Shown in pieces: positions 23,935 to 38,141 of a DNA stretch of 64,000 nucleotides. Every line of letters begins with the position of its first letter. Position 1 is the stretch's first letter. The stretch is from positions 14,673 to 78,672 of the forward strand of contig DF237380.1 in NCBI GenBank assembly GCA_000708835.1, given 5' to 3'. The notes under the pieces were generated by a model that saw nothing but the letters and a program-made list of their open reading frames with translations, did not search any database and had not been told where the DNA came from. Source of the stretch: Klebsormidium nitens (taxonomy: Eukaryota; Plantae; Klebsormidiophyceae). The position numbers were made by a program, and so were the translations under genes.

Positions 23935-25512
23935 TGACAGAGCGCGTGAGGACATCCCAAAGAGCTCCTCAAGTCCAATTTAAAGAATCGCACCGTATGC
24001 TGGAATATAATTATCGAAGCAATACACGGATTCGCAGTAAACGTATGTGCGAATCTGGCCGGCCGATGCAAAGGGGCGAGGATGGGAGCCGTTTGCCAAA
24101 CATGGCGCGAGTGAACGTCCTTTATACAAGCGTGCCAGGCCTCTGGAATGCGTTCGTTGTTGAATCTCGAGGGCCAGTAATGCAACCCGGCGGCTTGGCT
24201 GCGTAAGGGTCAAATGTCAGCTAGCATCATTGGGCTCGGAAATCATATGTGAATACAGAAACTGGAAACGCGTTGGCACTCACTGTATGTCGGATCAATC
24301 ATGTTACCTGGTGCATGATGCGTAGGTATACAAGTAGCCACACGAGTATGTACATGTCCTGATTGAAACAGGCTGGCAGGTCGATATCTTGTCTAGCTGG
24401 CTATATAGAGGCTGCCAGGTGAATGCCGCGTCTCTAGGTATTCGTTTTCTCCGTATAGCCAAATAGGATCGACGGTCGTCACGTAGCCTTCTCATGTGGC
24501 ATACATGTATGAGTACTTGATGATCGAACGGCCATATGCATCACAGACTACACTGCACGATACTACATTCGAAAAAACACTAGTGTTTCTTGTTGTCATC
24601 TCGCTTTTTGGGCAAGCTTGGTCTACTTAATAATATACTCTAATTTTACATATATCTGCACTTTCGATGCTGGCCATCCTACAAACGTCATGTTGATTTT
24701 GTGCGTTAATTTGGCCGCTTCTTTGATGGACTCTGACGATGCGTGCTCCAGTTGACTCTATTGACCGGAGCATTGAACGTCTGCGAAGATATCATTACAC
24801 AAAGGCGGACTCCCAAACTATAGATTGGAAGCTTTTCAAGCTAACTTGTGGTCGCTGATTGATCTGGTATGCAAGCTGACGGTACAGTCGAATGTTTTGT
24901 CGGACTATTTTCGGCTACAAGCATGTCGACCAATAGACGTGTAAGCCATGCAGGTACATGCAAACCTGTGCCACCCCCGTACATGAACTCCGTTTTAGAA
25001 AGGTAGCCCTTAATCTTGAATTGCATATTCATCTCTCAATGTAGCGCCGGCCAGAAACAATCAGCCGCCTTTTGCAGAGGACGATTTACATATGCGAATG
25101 AATGTTATCAGTTTCACATAAGTTAGTAGGTTGTTTACTCAGCGTTGTCGGACATACCCACGCTGACTAGGCCAACGAGGAACGCTATCCTAATTTAGCG
25201 GAAACTTCAGTTCATCTGGATTTCGGCGAGTTATATCATCTGGACCCAACTGCTTGGAAGTCATCAGTTCCAACCTAGACCAGTGAAAAGTTCTGTTGCG
25301 ACACGCACGGATCTACGTTTGTGCAAGTTCTACTGTCTTCGTGAACAGAATCACGAGCGTTCACCAATTGCTCTGCAATGCTTTCGTAGGTTACCACCGT
25401 TCCAAGTTACGACTTTTTCCACTGCTGGGCTGCTCTAACCAAACCCTTCCAGTCACTCCCACTAGACGCCAATAAATACCGACAGTGCGTAACAGTCTGT
25501 CCGTCTCACGCC

Positions 25513-28500
25513 CTAGCGGCACAGCAGCGACCCCGTCTCCTGGCTGCACTGCGGGCTGACCGTGACGTACTCGTCGACGGCCGGTGACGTCAGCATCTTG
25601 CGCGAGGCCTTGGCGCCGTCCTCGAGGATGTTGACATTGCGCACGGTGACGCCGGTCGCCAGGTCGAACTGGTTGAACGTGCTGTCGGCTGACGTCAGCG
25701 ACGACACGCGGTAGTCGGACGTGACGCCCTCCACCAGGAACTCGTGGCCGGTCGCGTTGGTCGTGACGGCGTTCCGGCGCTCGATGGCGTCCGGGCGGAA
25801 CATCTGGCCCTGCAGCGGAACGGAGCGAGGGGGGAGGTCAGTGACCTTCCAAGTTAGGAGTGGGATTGCGGGTTGACAGTCGAAGCACGAGGAGATACGT
25901 TCATCCTTACGGAATTGACGACTTGGGTTCTGTAAGGAGTCGGCGCCCCTACTGATGGTTGAGTGAAGGAACTCGAATCGAAGTACGAGATGCGCATCCA
26001 GATTTTGGAATTGAGGTGAAAGGACGAGAGCCGCACAGTACAGAGTTGAAAGGAGATTTAAGATCAAAGCTTCGTTCTACGACGTGCATACCGCCAATCT
26101 CGATCAACTCGCACAAATGCTTCGCCAGGTTTCTTCATTCAGTGCGCTTAATCGACGAAGAGGCTTTGGCGACGCTCTTCCAAAACGGACCTAAAGCTTG
26201 CTCCTGAGATTAGACTTCCAAGTCGAAGTGAAGGCAACGAACAAAAGACTCCCGAATCGACAGCAATTACCCGCGTGGCTAAACTCGAGGCGTGAAAAAC
26301 GGCCACGTGGCTTACCAGGACACCGTGAGCGTGGCGGGAGATGGTGAGGTGGTCCATGTCCATGTCGAGGTACTTGCCAAGAGGGTCCAACTAGAGAGAG
26401 CGAGAGAAAGAGAAGAGCGTCAGAAAGAGCAGATGTGAAGCTTCAAGTGAAGGGATTCCACCAGAGAGCGCGAGGAAAATGAGAGAGTGTCAGACCGAGG
26501 CGTCTAGACAGCTGCCGAAATGCGTGCAGAGAAGGGTCATAGCGGATGGAGACAGATGAACGGTGGATCATCAGTGCAAATCGAAACGAGCAAGTTTCGG
26601 ATCGCACTCTTTCAGAGGGACACACGTAATAAGATTGCGAACCGAGTGCTTCTGTTCATTCGAGTCAAGTTGAAACACACAAAAATTTGGAGAGGAGGAC
26701 AAAGACAATCCCCGCGCAAAGCCGCCTTAGGGAGCATAAGCGAGAAGCGAGCCAAGTCTTGGAGCCACAATAATGTCCTGGACTTTTCAAAGACTTGAAA
26801 GGCAGAGAATGGCAGAGTCGTGGAGCCAGGAACTTCTGACAAAAGTTTACAAAAAAACTGGGAGGCAGCGGCGCACCTGGATGCGGCTCTCGATGCGGGG
26901 GCTGAACGTGGCCTCAAAGTGGCCGTCGATCTTGATGCGGGCGTGCGCGCGCATGTGGGGCTCGCGTGTGATGGTCGCCTGGCCGTCGGGGGACGTCCAC
27001 GTGTACTCGGCGGTGCCCTGGACGGTTAAGGAGTGGGGTTAAGGAGCTGATGAGAAGGGTTAAGGGCACTCATTGGTGCTTTACTTGATGCTTTAAGAGC
27101 GAAATGGTATTTAACTTGCTGCGGAGCTAGGAAGGTGAAATCAGCAGGATTTGGTCCGAAAACCCACTTTTGCTGGAGTATCTACAAGACGCTACTTCTC
27201 AGAGCTTTCTTATTATTAAGACCTTTCTTGGCCCTTTGAACAAGGACTTGACAGAGTGTTTTGTGTGAAGCAGGGCAATACGAGCGGGAGTCGCAGTTCT
27301 GAGCAAGCGACAAGCTTTCAGTGTTGCAACCGAACAGCATAGACAGGTATCTGAAGGCTCTCTCAGACACAAAGGACAGCTGATGCAACCAAAGTCACCG
27401 TGACCTGATGCAACCAAAGTCACCGTGACCTGAAAAATTCCGAGTCGGCGCCCAAATAAGCTGCTCTTGCAGGAGACATAAGGTATAGCAGGACGTGAGC
27501 AACATCGTTTTTTTTCCTGCGGGACCGAGCTGTCACCCCAGCTCGACTCGAGTCCGTTGAGGGGGTAACAAACGGGCGAAACCTGCGTTCAGAAGCTTGC
27601 TATCCAAATTTAAAAAACACCTGACTACCTCCAACCGACAAGCCACTTTTACCCCAGATGCAAATGCGAAGACAAAAAGAAGAAGAAGCGCATCTTACCG
27701 AGCCGACTGGAATGTCTTCCCCGTCAAAGGTGAAGAAGAAGACGTCAGCGGCCTCGAACTCCTTCTCCTGGTCGATGCCGATGCTCACAAAGTGGGTCAC
27801 GCCAGCCTCGTCTTTGTAACCCATGGCCATCTCCTGCAAAAAGAAAGGGTTAAGAAAGGGGTTAGCGCTGACACGTTGGTCTCGTATATAGTATCCATCA
27901 ATGTCCCTTGGGCACACCGAAGGATAACATCTGCAGCGTGTAATTGTAGTGTGGAGAGAATCCAACAAAGACCCCGGCGCAATAACCCCTGATCCGTAAA
28001 CAGCATGTTGGCAAGCGATATGCATACCTGCGTGACTTCTGAACAGATCCATCGAGCAGACCAGTACGGTCAAGCAAAAAACCTCCAAAGCCAAAACGCT
28101 TCTGCACAAGTCCTCTGTGAAGCGAGTGAACTGTACCCCCTCTGGAAAAGATAAGGCGAATCTCTTCAGGAGTGGATGAGTGCACTCACCTCAATCCAGG
28201 TGCCGTGCTCGACGTTCTCCGTGTTGGTGCGCTCACCGACAAACCGGGCGTTCATCTGCAGAGATTCCACAGAGTAGTCAGTCCCCTGCCCAGCTTAGAC
28301 CCAGATCATGGGAACACAAGCAAAGGGACGGGGAATAGCGGATAAGAGACAAATCGGTTGTACTTAACCGGCCCAAAGTCGAGAGAGTATCACAAAGGCA
28401 GTGGGCATTGTGAAACTGGGTACGACTGCAATGACAAGAATCTGGAAGCAAGGTTGGAGCAGAGTCCTGTTGGGAGACATGCCAGCTGTCATGACTTGCG

Positions 28501-30276
28501 CTTCTCAGCTGGGATTCTGCCAAAGCTGGGGGCTGCCATACTGGTGAAAAAGGGGCTGGGTTATGGTTCCAGTATGTGTTTGACCTACTTCAAACCGCGA
28601 ATCATCAAACCGTGCTTCTCCGACTGTCTACCATGTGGGTCCATCAGGTGCCCAGTAACCCCTTTGTATCAGTTCCTTTCGATTCGACAGACTTTGCTTG
28701 ACAAAGAAGCAGTGGGGATAAAGCAACTCCCTGCCTTTGGAGTCACTCCAGTTCTGAGGATTCAGACAGGCATGCGAACCATAGTCTAAAGGCAGTCCCT
28801 CATCCTGACACCAACCCTGCTATTGTGTGGAGAGTAAGCCTCTCACCTGGAAGTCGGTGTCAGAGATAATGCTGAAGATCTGGTCACGCACGCCGTGCCA
28901 GTCGAAAAAGATGCCCCCCGGTGCCGCAAAGTGAGGGTCGCCGCAGACCCCTCCGGAGTACGCCTCTGCAAAGGGAACGAAGCACATGAGCCTATATTAC
29001 ATGGAAATATCCTGCTTGGATCGGCATGCTTTGGTATTCTGCTCAACCCGAGTCGAAATCTGGACTTAAAGAGCTTTGAGTGTGGCAGATCGCACATAGG
29101 GCTACAATGCAATTGAGAAGGGACAAGGGAATAGAAAGCTATGGGCCATTTTCGAAACTTGCTGCTTGCTCGGCTGTATCTGTGCTTGGTTATTGCCTGT
29201 AATTGTTGGCAAGCCTGAGAACACCTATGACTTGCCAGGTCTGGTAGGCATACGACAAGAGGCCCTCAGGTGCTCAGGTGAGTGGCAAAATTGGCAAGTG
29301 CGTTGCACGTTTGGAAGATGGAATTAGGTGCTTGATGCAAGCAGAAAGAAGGAGTCCAGTATGCAGATTAGGAAGTGTAAAGGACTTTGCACGGAGCGGG
29401 AAAAGAGGAGGAAGAGTGCACAAGAAAGGTGCAAGTACAGATTGCTGTTTCTGCCTGCCATGGGAACAAGCAGAAAAGGGACATCCTGAATCGAGGGGAA
29501 AACAACCTGCGTCTGTATTTGTTGCCCAGCGTTACAGGGTCTATGATTAGTATAAGCCTCAGCTTTCGGAAGGGCTAGCACACCACTTTCCCAAACTTAG
29601 CTCGACACAGTTCACCACTGTTCAGCGGACCTGCCTATTTCAGAGCCTTTCAGGTTTGTTAAGGTAGCAATGCAGCCTTTTTTGAAGCTGGATGTGCTGT
29701 GTCTCAACAAGGTGGCTGATCCGCTTGGACACTCTGAAAGACCACGCCAAGCTGGTAAGCCACGAGTCACCAAAAAGAGTTTCCAGCCCCCCTACCGCTG
29801 CACCTCTGCCACCAGTGGCTTCATGTGAGCATGAGTGCCGATCCATATTTCAGCAGAAGATGGAATAACTGAAAGTGAATCTTCAATGACCACAAACAAG
29901 ACCAGAGTGAGAATACAGGCCTCAACAACGAAGGAACTCGAAAGCTTTTCTGCTCACTGGGGTTGTCGCAGTTGCTATTGAGGAACCAGAGATCATTTTC
30001 GCACTCGAGCTTGATGCTGCCGCCAAGGTCGGTGCACTTCGGGCACGAGTCGTCTTCGGACCCGCATGTGTTCCCGCTCCCAACGCTTTTGTAGCAGCCC
30101 ACGTTGATGTTGGCGCAGCTTGTTATGCCCGTCAGTGTCAGTGACCCAATGGCCCCTGTGCACTTGCGGGTGGTGACCCCGGCGCAAGGCGCGATGTATC
30201 CAATGTAGGTGGCGGTCGCCACATGGGCGGTCAGGGCAAGCACCAGGAGGAGGGCTGACAGCTGGCGGGACGCCAT
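25513..30276 (-). CDS. Root_cap/LEA-related secreted protein with VWD-like GDPH motif, tandem copy 1 (7 exons, apparently intact)
   Basis: Signal peptide MASRQLSALLLVLALTAHVATA; 9-Cys exon 1; CGDPHFAAPGGIFFDWHG; MNARFVGER...GTWIE; HAHGVL|GQMFRPD...DYRVSSLTSADSTF, matching the land-plant Root_cap pattern (DPRF.G.DG..F.FHG, HGVLGQTYRP, Y..SSL.S.DC). Exons are phase-consistent. Confidence 0.85.
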
Positions 30277-30706
30277 GGGGACAGCTGGCAAGCGCAGGCG
30301 ACACCTGTTGAGCTGGAAAGAGCAGACCGTGCTGTCGGCTGCCGCTTGCGTGTGGTGGCGATGAGCAAGGGAAAGGAGAGCGGTAAGTAATGAGGGAGGT
30401 GGGGGGAAATATGTTCTTTTCAACACTCAGCTTGTGCGAATGAAGTGATCGTGACAATGCATTCGAGCTTTTCAACAGGAGCGCGCCGGCTTACTCGATT
30501 GGAGCTGCACTACACCGATTGAAGGCCCACAGTCGCCGCGATCCAGTGCAGCTACGTTACGTGCTAGTGCTGGTAGTTAGCCATGATCGACACGCCCAGA
30601 GAAAAGCGACATCTCTACCCATGCGCAGCCCCATACACATAATGCAGCCTATGGAAAGTTAGCTGGACAGGTGCTATCCGAACGTTCGCCATGGGGCTTG
30701 CAACCC

Positions 30707-30734
30707 TTTCTCCTCCCCCGGATCCCACGGCCCC
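30707..30734. promoter_or_regulatory. Conserved upstream motif of the Root_cap paralogs (copy 1)
   Basis: tttctcc...ccggatcccacggcccc, about 440 bp upstream of the ATG. Confidence 0.5.
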
Positions 30735-32359
30735 GGCAGGACCGGGCCAGACTGCAGCTCGGGCCGAATCGGTCTAATTTAAACTTATTTTAATTCAATC
30801 GGTCAACCACCTTGGGAAGGAAGGGGTTAGTAAGTTGGTCTCCGTGTCAGGTGGGTACGAGGCAGGTTTCAAATTCCGGGTTTAGGGGTTTGTGACCTAA
30901 CTTTGCGCTTCCGCTGCTTACAAAAAATATATAACCAGTATTTCGATATTCTCGAGCTTTTGCAAAGGGGGCGCGGCGAGTGCCGACATTTCATCGACAT
31001 CATAGTCGGAAGGCCCCAGCAAATTCTTTTTTGATTTCCGCAGCGGCCGGGATGGCGACCAACAGACTCGGGAATTGGTACCTAAGGTAGTTGATGGCTG
31101 AGCAGACTGATGATCGGTCGCCACAAAGAATCCGTACAAGTATCTACCACCGAGATTCACGGCGCGGGGCGTTCCTTGCTTGCCGCGTGCGTCCTTGTGA
31201 CTCCTGCGGCGCCGGGCCTGGGCGCCAGGCAAACTTACTTTTCCCATGCACTGGAAGTTGGACGTCCCGTTTGTCCCATATACTTTAACATGACGTATGT
31301 ATGATGTGACATGGCACCAATTTGTATTTCTTACTGCAAGTAATTAACGAGTGTAACTGTTTGTTTGATGCATATGTTTACAAAATGCTTACAATTGGTT
31401 AACATATGCTTTCACGCTGTTGAATGGCTGTTTATTACTCGATCGCTTTGAGCAATATGGAGAGTGCCAACTAGGGGAGTCAATATATGACACTTACTGT
31501 ATTCATCATTTGTACCTTCCAATGACTGTATAAATACTGTATTAGAATTGTCACCTGCCGTCACCTCTGATGTGCTAAATGCCTCATGGCAGCGACTTGA
31601 TCAATATCCCCAGCACTTGAGCGACTGGCTCGTGGGACTCAAGCTCGACACAGAATCTGTTGGTAGAGATTTATCTTTCATGCAAACCAAATTTCCAAAG
31701 CCTTTCTGTAAGCCACGCCTGACTCTACACAACCATTCATTCTAATAATCTGATAAACTGCAGCTGCGGAGCATCAATCTTCATTGGACGCATGCTGTAG
31801 GTTATTAAGCAGTATGTGGACAGGTTCGGCCAAGCTTGATTAGAGACAAGGGGCCGGGGGGCGAGTCGAATTCAAGTCCTCCTGATCATACTGTATCTAG
31901 GATCACTAGACCGTACGTAGCAGCTTCTCCCTGTCTATCTTGAGCGATGTAAGGATTGCCGATGTAGCTCACGCGGTATGTTCAGACTTTCTGGCAACTT
32001 TTAAACCAATGCACTAGTCATACCCTGACAAATGAGGAGACGAAGACTCAGAGTACTGTTTGCCAATGCTGGCCTGCGGGCTAGCTACATAGCCGTGTAC
32101 TGCAATGTTTAGTAAAGGGACCGCCTTTGATTTGTCATGAGATAGTAATAGTGATGGGAACCGATCCTAGGCTCTACAGAGACGGAGATTCGATTCCGTT
32201 TGCCGGTACTGGCAGCGGGCTAGCTAGCCATCTGCAATGGTTAGCAAGGGGACAGCCTTTATCAGGAGATAGTAAGAGTGATGGGACCTCGATCCTAGGC
32301 TCTACAATTAGTTGTGAGTGTTTCTATTGTGTTGTGCTCTCTGTTCTGTTGCGTGCCAA

Positions 32360-35300
32360 TCAGGAGCAGACCAACGACCCCTTCTCCTGGTTGCACCGCG
32401 GGCTGACCGTGACGTACTCGTCAACCCCCGCCGAAGTCAGGATCTTGCGCGAAACCCGGGCGCCGCCCTCGATGATGTTGACGTTGCGCACAGTGACGCC
32501 AGCGGCCAGGTTGAACTGGTTGAACGTGCTGTCAGCTGACGTCAGCGAGGAGACGCGGTAGTCGGAGGTGGCGCCCTCCACCAGGAACTCGTGGCCGGTC
32601 ATGTCGGCAGTGACGGCGTTCCGGCGCTCGACGGCGTCCGGGCGGAACATCTGGCCCTGCAGCGTAACGAAGCGAGCAGGGGGGTCAGCGGATTCCTGAA
32701 GGACGATACGCGTCGCAGGCGCGCTGGTGACGTTCAGATTCAAGTTACAGAAAGATCGATCCGGGCCCCTGACGAGGACTTGGGGGAGTGCAAGAGTTGA
32801 GGCGTTCAACGGACAGGGGAAAAGCGAGATCGAGTCCTGGACTGGTCACCAAAACCTTGATGCGAGTTGGAACTTAGAAACGAGTACATCGCGAGACAGC
32901 TAATGATTTGAAAAAACCACGCAGAACATGGCGGTGACCAAAGCTTCCCTGAGTCTAGGAAGTGCCTACAGCAAATCTCGTTTGTGAAGATGCTTCACCA
33001 TCTTTCCACATTCAGGTACCAACTTAACGCTTTGACAGAGGATGTGCGGCTCGGTTGCCTGACCTGTCCTTAAGTAGATGCTCTTCTGAGACCGCCGAAT
33101 CCATTGACGCCGAAAAGGGCGCACGAAGTCTTTCAAAGGCCTCCCTGGTTCGCCACATTGATACTCGCGTCATTTGGATTCAGGGCACGGAAAGCTGGCC
33201 ACGTGGCTTACCAGGACGCCGTGAGCGTGGCGGGAGATGGTCAGGCTCTCCATGTCCATGTCGAGGTACTTGCCGAGGGGGTCCAACTAGAGAGAGCGAG
33301 AAACGAAGTAAGCGTCAGTACACGGAAGATTAGGGCGGCGACTCAAAGGCTCTCAGCTTATGTGATTGCGCGAAGATCGTGCGCAGATCGTACGACAGAC
33401 GGCCGGGTTGAGAAACAAACAAACGGAAGGCAGCTAGGGCCGACAGAAAGGTGGAAGCCTGCTTTGGCAGATCGAGGAACGAACTGCGCTGTCGAGTAAG
33501 ACCTCGGAGTATCCAGGTTGCCTGCGAAAGGAATCATTGTGATGGGTCAATTCGCTGAGAAGGGAATTCGTGTGAAAGGGCTTGAACACAAGATTCACAG
33601 AACTAGGAACTAGGAAGGCGACAAGCGATCCGTACTGTGAGCGGAGTCGTGGTTCCACGAAAACTTCCATGAAAACATTTTGCGAAATTTTGCAGATTGA
33701 GAAGGGCAGATCTAGAGGCGCACCTGGATGCGGCTCTCGACGCGGGGGTTGAACGTGGCCTCGAAGTGGCCGTCGATCTTGATGCGGGCGTGCGCGCGCA
33801 TGTGCGGCTCGCGCGTGATGGTCGCCCGGCCGTCGGGGGAGGTCCACGTGTACTCGGCGGTGCCCTGCACGGTTAAGGAGAGAGTTAACGAGCCGCTGAC
33901 AAGGGTTACGGAACCTTGTACGATGTTTCTTATGGTGTGCTTAAAGCAGAAGTCTTCTCGCTGATTGCTTGAACTGGACGCGATCTCGACGGAAGATCCA
34001 ACGATTGCTGGTTTACGAGGACCGACTCGACCTTTGCCGGGCATGCAGTTTATAGCGGGAGCGATGTTCAGCGAATTAACAAGCTGAACAAGTCTGTCAG
34101 AAGAAAGCGTTCGAGCTTTAGAAATGGGTGCCCGAATAATGAAGCAGAAAAGGAGAGCAGTCCAGGAGGAGCGATGGCGCGAGAGTCAGAATAAGGCGGC
34201 GGAGAAAAGTGTTCGAGGCGCTGCCACAATAAACCGAAACTGGTTCCGATGAGACACTTTTATAAAACATCGTGGTGAAGGGATCTCGGAGCATGAGCTG
34301 GCAGAAATCTCTTCATTCATCAAAAGTCTGAGCTTCAAAGTCCACCAAGCTAGAGTGACTTGAGTATCACAAGAGGAGCAGACGAGCCAGTCTTCCCGGG
34401 TCGCAAAAGACTTCGCAAGCATCTCAGGAGTTGCTGGGGATACTCTACTTGCAGCGAAAGCAACGAAGGCAACGAAAGAAGAGACGAAGCTTACCGAGCC
34501 GATTGGGATGTCCTCTCCGTCGAAGGTGAAGAAGAAGACGTCGGCGGCCTCGAACTCCTTCTCCTGGTCGATGCCGATGCTCACAAAGTGGGTCGCGCCA
34601 GACTCGTCGTTATAACCCATGGCCATCTCCTGCAAAAATTGGGGGTTAAGAAGGGGTTTATCTGCTGGCACATCCATGGCCTGCGGATTCCTGGCATACT
34701 TTGAAACATATTGTTTGCAGGGTGCCGGCAATTTGAAAGGGATGTAATGCATCTCTGATCTAGATGTCGAGCAGAACTGGTTCAGGACAGAAGCTACTTG
34801 CCAGGGAACAGTCTATTACATACAAATTAAGATGCTCTTAAACTTGCTCTCAAAGTCGCAAGCGTGAGGGGCGGGCCAGCCAGACTTGCAGATCAAAGGC
34901 CTCGGAACAGGAGTACGTGAATTTACCTCGATCCAGGTGCCATGCTCAATGTCCTCCGTGTTGGTGCGCTCACCGACAAAGCGAGCATTCAGCTGCAGAA
35001 TGATAAAGCCGTTAGTCCCCGTTTCGGAGCTGGACCATCTTCCCGATCGATCGGTGATCAGTCCTGCTGGGCAAGAGCCAGCTGTCAGCTTGTCCTGACC
35101 GTTTTATACTCAGACTTTTACGGAAGCTGGGGGCTGTCAAACTGCGGGGGATTTCCTCAAAGCTCTTCACAACCTGGATGGATCTTGCTAGGATTCAGCA
35201 TTGAGTCCCCGTTCATTCGAATGCACTGAAAGCTCGGCCTTACATAGATGGCTGTTTTCTAATGAGGACTCCATTTCCGAAAGAAGCAGACGCAACAGAT

Positions 35301-36881
35301 ACAACACCTCACTGCCTATTGGGGCCTGAGAAAAAGCCAACCATGGAATAAAGTTCAACAGTGCATCCTTCTTAGCTGACACCATCCCTGCTGCCAAAGG
35401 TGTGCCTAGCCTCTCACCTGGAAGTCAGTGTCAGAGATGATGCTGAAGACCTCATTGCGCACGCCGTGCCAGTCGAAGTAAATGCCTCCCGGCGCCGAGA
35501 AATGGGGATCGCCGCAGACACCACCGGTGTTGTACGCGCCTGCGAAGGACAGGGAAACAGAACCGTTTGTGTCATTCCGACGAACCTCCGCCCTGCTCAG
35601 ATATTTCTGCTACACGGAGCGGGTTAGACTGATGTGGCTCCCCAAGAAGATCCTGGAACGGTTTTGAAACTGTGACTTAGGGCTCTAGACCAGTCTCGTA
35701 AAATGGCTCTCTCGAATGAGTCATTGCTTCGATAACACGTTTGTTTGTTTGAGTACATGGGATATGTTGCTTGCAGAAATGGAGCAAACCCTCAAGAAGT
35801 CCTCGAGAGAAGCTTACTGAAAGAGGAACAGCTCATCACAGACCCGGCCAAGGCTATGTTCTTGGGCTGAAACCAAGAATGGTAGAGGCTTTTGAAAATG
35901 AAGAGGGGAGCGCAGGAAAAGATCCGGAGTGCAGGGGACAAGAGGAGAGTGAAGATTAACGATACTGCCAAACTCAACAAAGTGGAAGAGCGCGCAGGGG
36001 ATGCATAACATTCTTAAGCAGGGAAGACTAAACCAGCCATCAGGGATTCGATTAGTCAGTCAGTATTGACTGCATAGCGCAGCGGGGTCTCATCATCTTT
36101 CTCAGCGTAGGGTTAGAAGGATGACGAGACGAAAAATCCTACGGGAGTAGCTGAGCATTTTTTATGGTAACCTCGGCTGCTAGAGTCGGATTAAAACCAT
36201 TCCAGGGGCGTTTGCTTTTGCGGGCGCTCCGGATCCAGAAGCAGCTGAATGAAGTGATAGACTGAAAGGCTATTGTTGAGTTTTGGAGAAGCCGGACACT
36301 TGAATAGATGGTGTAGTTTTTCAAGGCTTCAGGTTTGTTTCTGCTGCTTCTGAAGCGACACGCCTGAGTTGCCGCCAAATGAACACTCACAAAACCTGGC
36401 AGATTGGAAGTTTAGAACTTGGGAGGCAAACAGAACCACTGTAAGAACAGAGCAGATGCAGACCGGGAAGAAAACTTTTGAAAACAGAGACCTGCCCAAT
36501 CTTGTGCCTACTTGACAGCCACTAGGCGCAAAGCAAAAACCTGGAGCATAGCACACTGAAGAACTGGTGAAAGGAGTCAGGAAGCTCACGGGGATTGGTG
36601 CAAGAGCTCGACGACGCGACGCACTTGAGCGTGATGTAGTTGCCGTTATCGGTGCACGATGGGCACGAGTTGTCCCTGGACCCGCATCCGCTGTTATAGC
36701 AGCCCACCGTGACCTGGTTGCAGCTCGTTATGCTCGTCAGATTCAGTGCCCCAATGGCCGATGTGCACTTGTTTGAGTTGACGCCCGCGCATGGGGCGAC
36801 GTAGCCGATGTAGGTGGCGCTCGCGACATGAGCGGTGAGCGCGAGCACCAGAAGAAGGGCTGGCAGCTGGCGGTGCGCCAT
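32360..36881 (-). CDS. Root_cap/VWD-like secreted protein, tandem copy 2 (7 exons, apparently intact)
   Basis: Same exon series: MAHRQLPALLLVLAL..., CGDPHFSAPGG at about 35500, EMAMGYNDESG, GTAEYTW, LDPLGKYLD, GQMFRPD...GSLVCS*. Confidence 0.85.
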
Positions 36882-37176
36882 GGGGACAGCTGGCAAGAGC
36901 AGATGACAGCTGTACTTGAGCTATCAAAAACCAAAGGGCGCGCGTCAGCTGGCGCAAAATACTGGTGCACTGGGAGCTGCAGAGAGAAACTGAGAAGAAG
37001 ATTGAAGGAGGAGCTGACAATTGGTCTGTGAATGAAAGACCGGACCTAAGCTTCGCTTTTAAAGTTGCCTTCGCTCATTGCCTCTGTCCTGACGGTGCCA
37101 GTAGCTGGACAGCTGCGCCAGTGGAGTTGTTGGTGGAGCAACGTTTGCTCAATGATCACGCAAGCTCAAGCGAACT

Positions 37177-37200
37177 TTTCGCCTTTCCGGACCCCACGGC
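37177..37200. promoter_or_regulatory. Conserved upstream motif (copy 2)
   Basis: tttcgcctttccggaccccacggc, about 305 bp upstream of the ATG. Confidence 0.45.
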
Positions 37201-38141
37201 GCTGCATGCTCATCCAGAGCATACTTTTAACAGTGCTCAATGAGCTAGGAGGCCGAAGTCAGTACTGGCAGGCTGCATGAGCTACTGCCACTGGTTACCA
37301 CCCCTGCATGAGCCGCCCTCTGCCATGTGGGCCTGATGATAGGTACCTAGTATACCATGGCTAGAACTAGAAGTAGGTAGGTACCAAGTGGCAAGGGGCC
37401 GGTGCAGTTCAAAGACCTCTAGAGTCTAGAAGCCCCGGGCACCTTGACCAAAAACTCTAACTGAAACAACGTGACGCGCCCCGGAGCCCCCACCCTACCC
37501 ACCGTCCCTTAAACCACCATGTAGAATAAACAATACCCGTCCCCCGGGTGCTCCATCCTTCGCGGACAAAGTAAGTACCCGTACAGGTACCAGGGTACAC
37601 CGTACGCATCATGCATGGCGTCATGCTGCACAATCATAGGTACCGTAGGTAGTTCCTGAGCCTTGTGCAGGAGCCGCGGGCGCGGCGGTAGTCGCGCACC
37701 CGGCTAAGAATATGGTGTACTATGTTTGTGTTTCGAAGTCGAAGTCCATTGGCGCCCTCTTTTGTCCAACTCCGCTCTGTTGGTTATCCGCCGGAGGCGA
37801 TGGCTGGTCGCCACACGCACCCGTTACCGTCTGGATTCCGAAACGAAACACTGTCGCACCCCGATCCCGGGCTACGCGCTGGGCCCGCGCGGTGTACCCG
37901 ATCACGGTTCACCTGACCCGAAATACTCGCGCGGCCTGACCCGGTTGCAACCTGGTAGCTGTATCTGTATTCCCGCTGCTACAGCGGGGCACGGCGGGAC
38001 AGGTTTTTATCGACTGTATGTTGTCCCGCGCGCGATACCCGCAGGGTATCTCCTGAACCCCCCATAGACTGGGATATTCAGAAAAACGCCAAGTCCATAT
38101 TATAGTATATATATATTATACGATCAAATTTGACCGGCGAA

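Noticed and set aside
27381-27432. Two-copy 20-32 bp direct repeats (also 38325-38360 and 57420-57465) as a possible CRISPR array
   Set aside because: Only two adjacent units, no spacers, no cas genes and a eukaryotic context; simple tandem duplications.
37330-37660. GTAC-dense stretch (also 10770-10830), resembling SBP/CRR1 copper-response cores
   Set aside because: A 4-bp motif that is common across the intergenic DNA here; enrichment cannot be shown without statistics.
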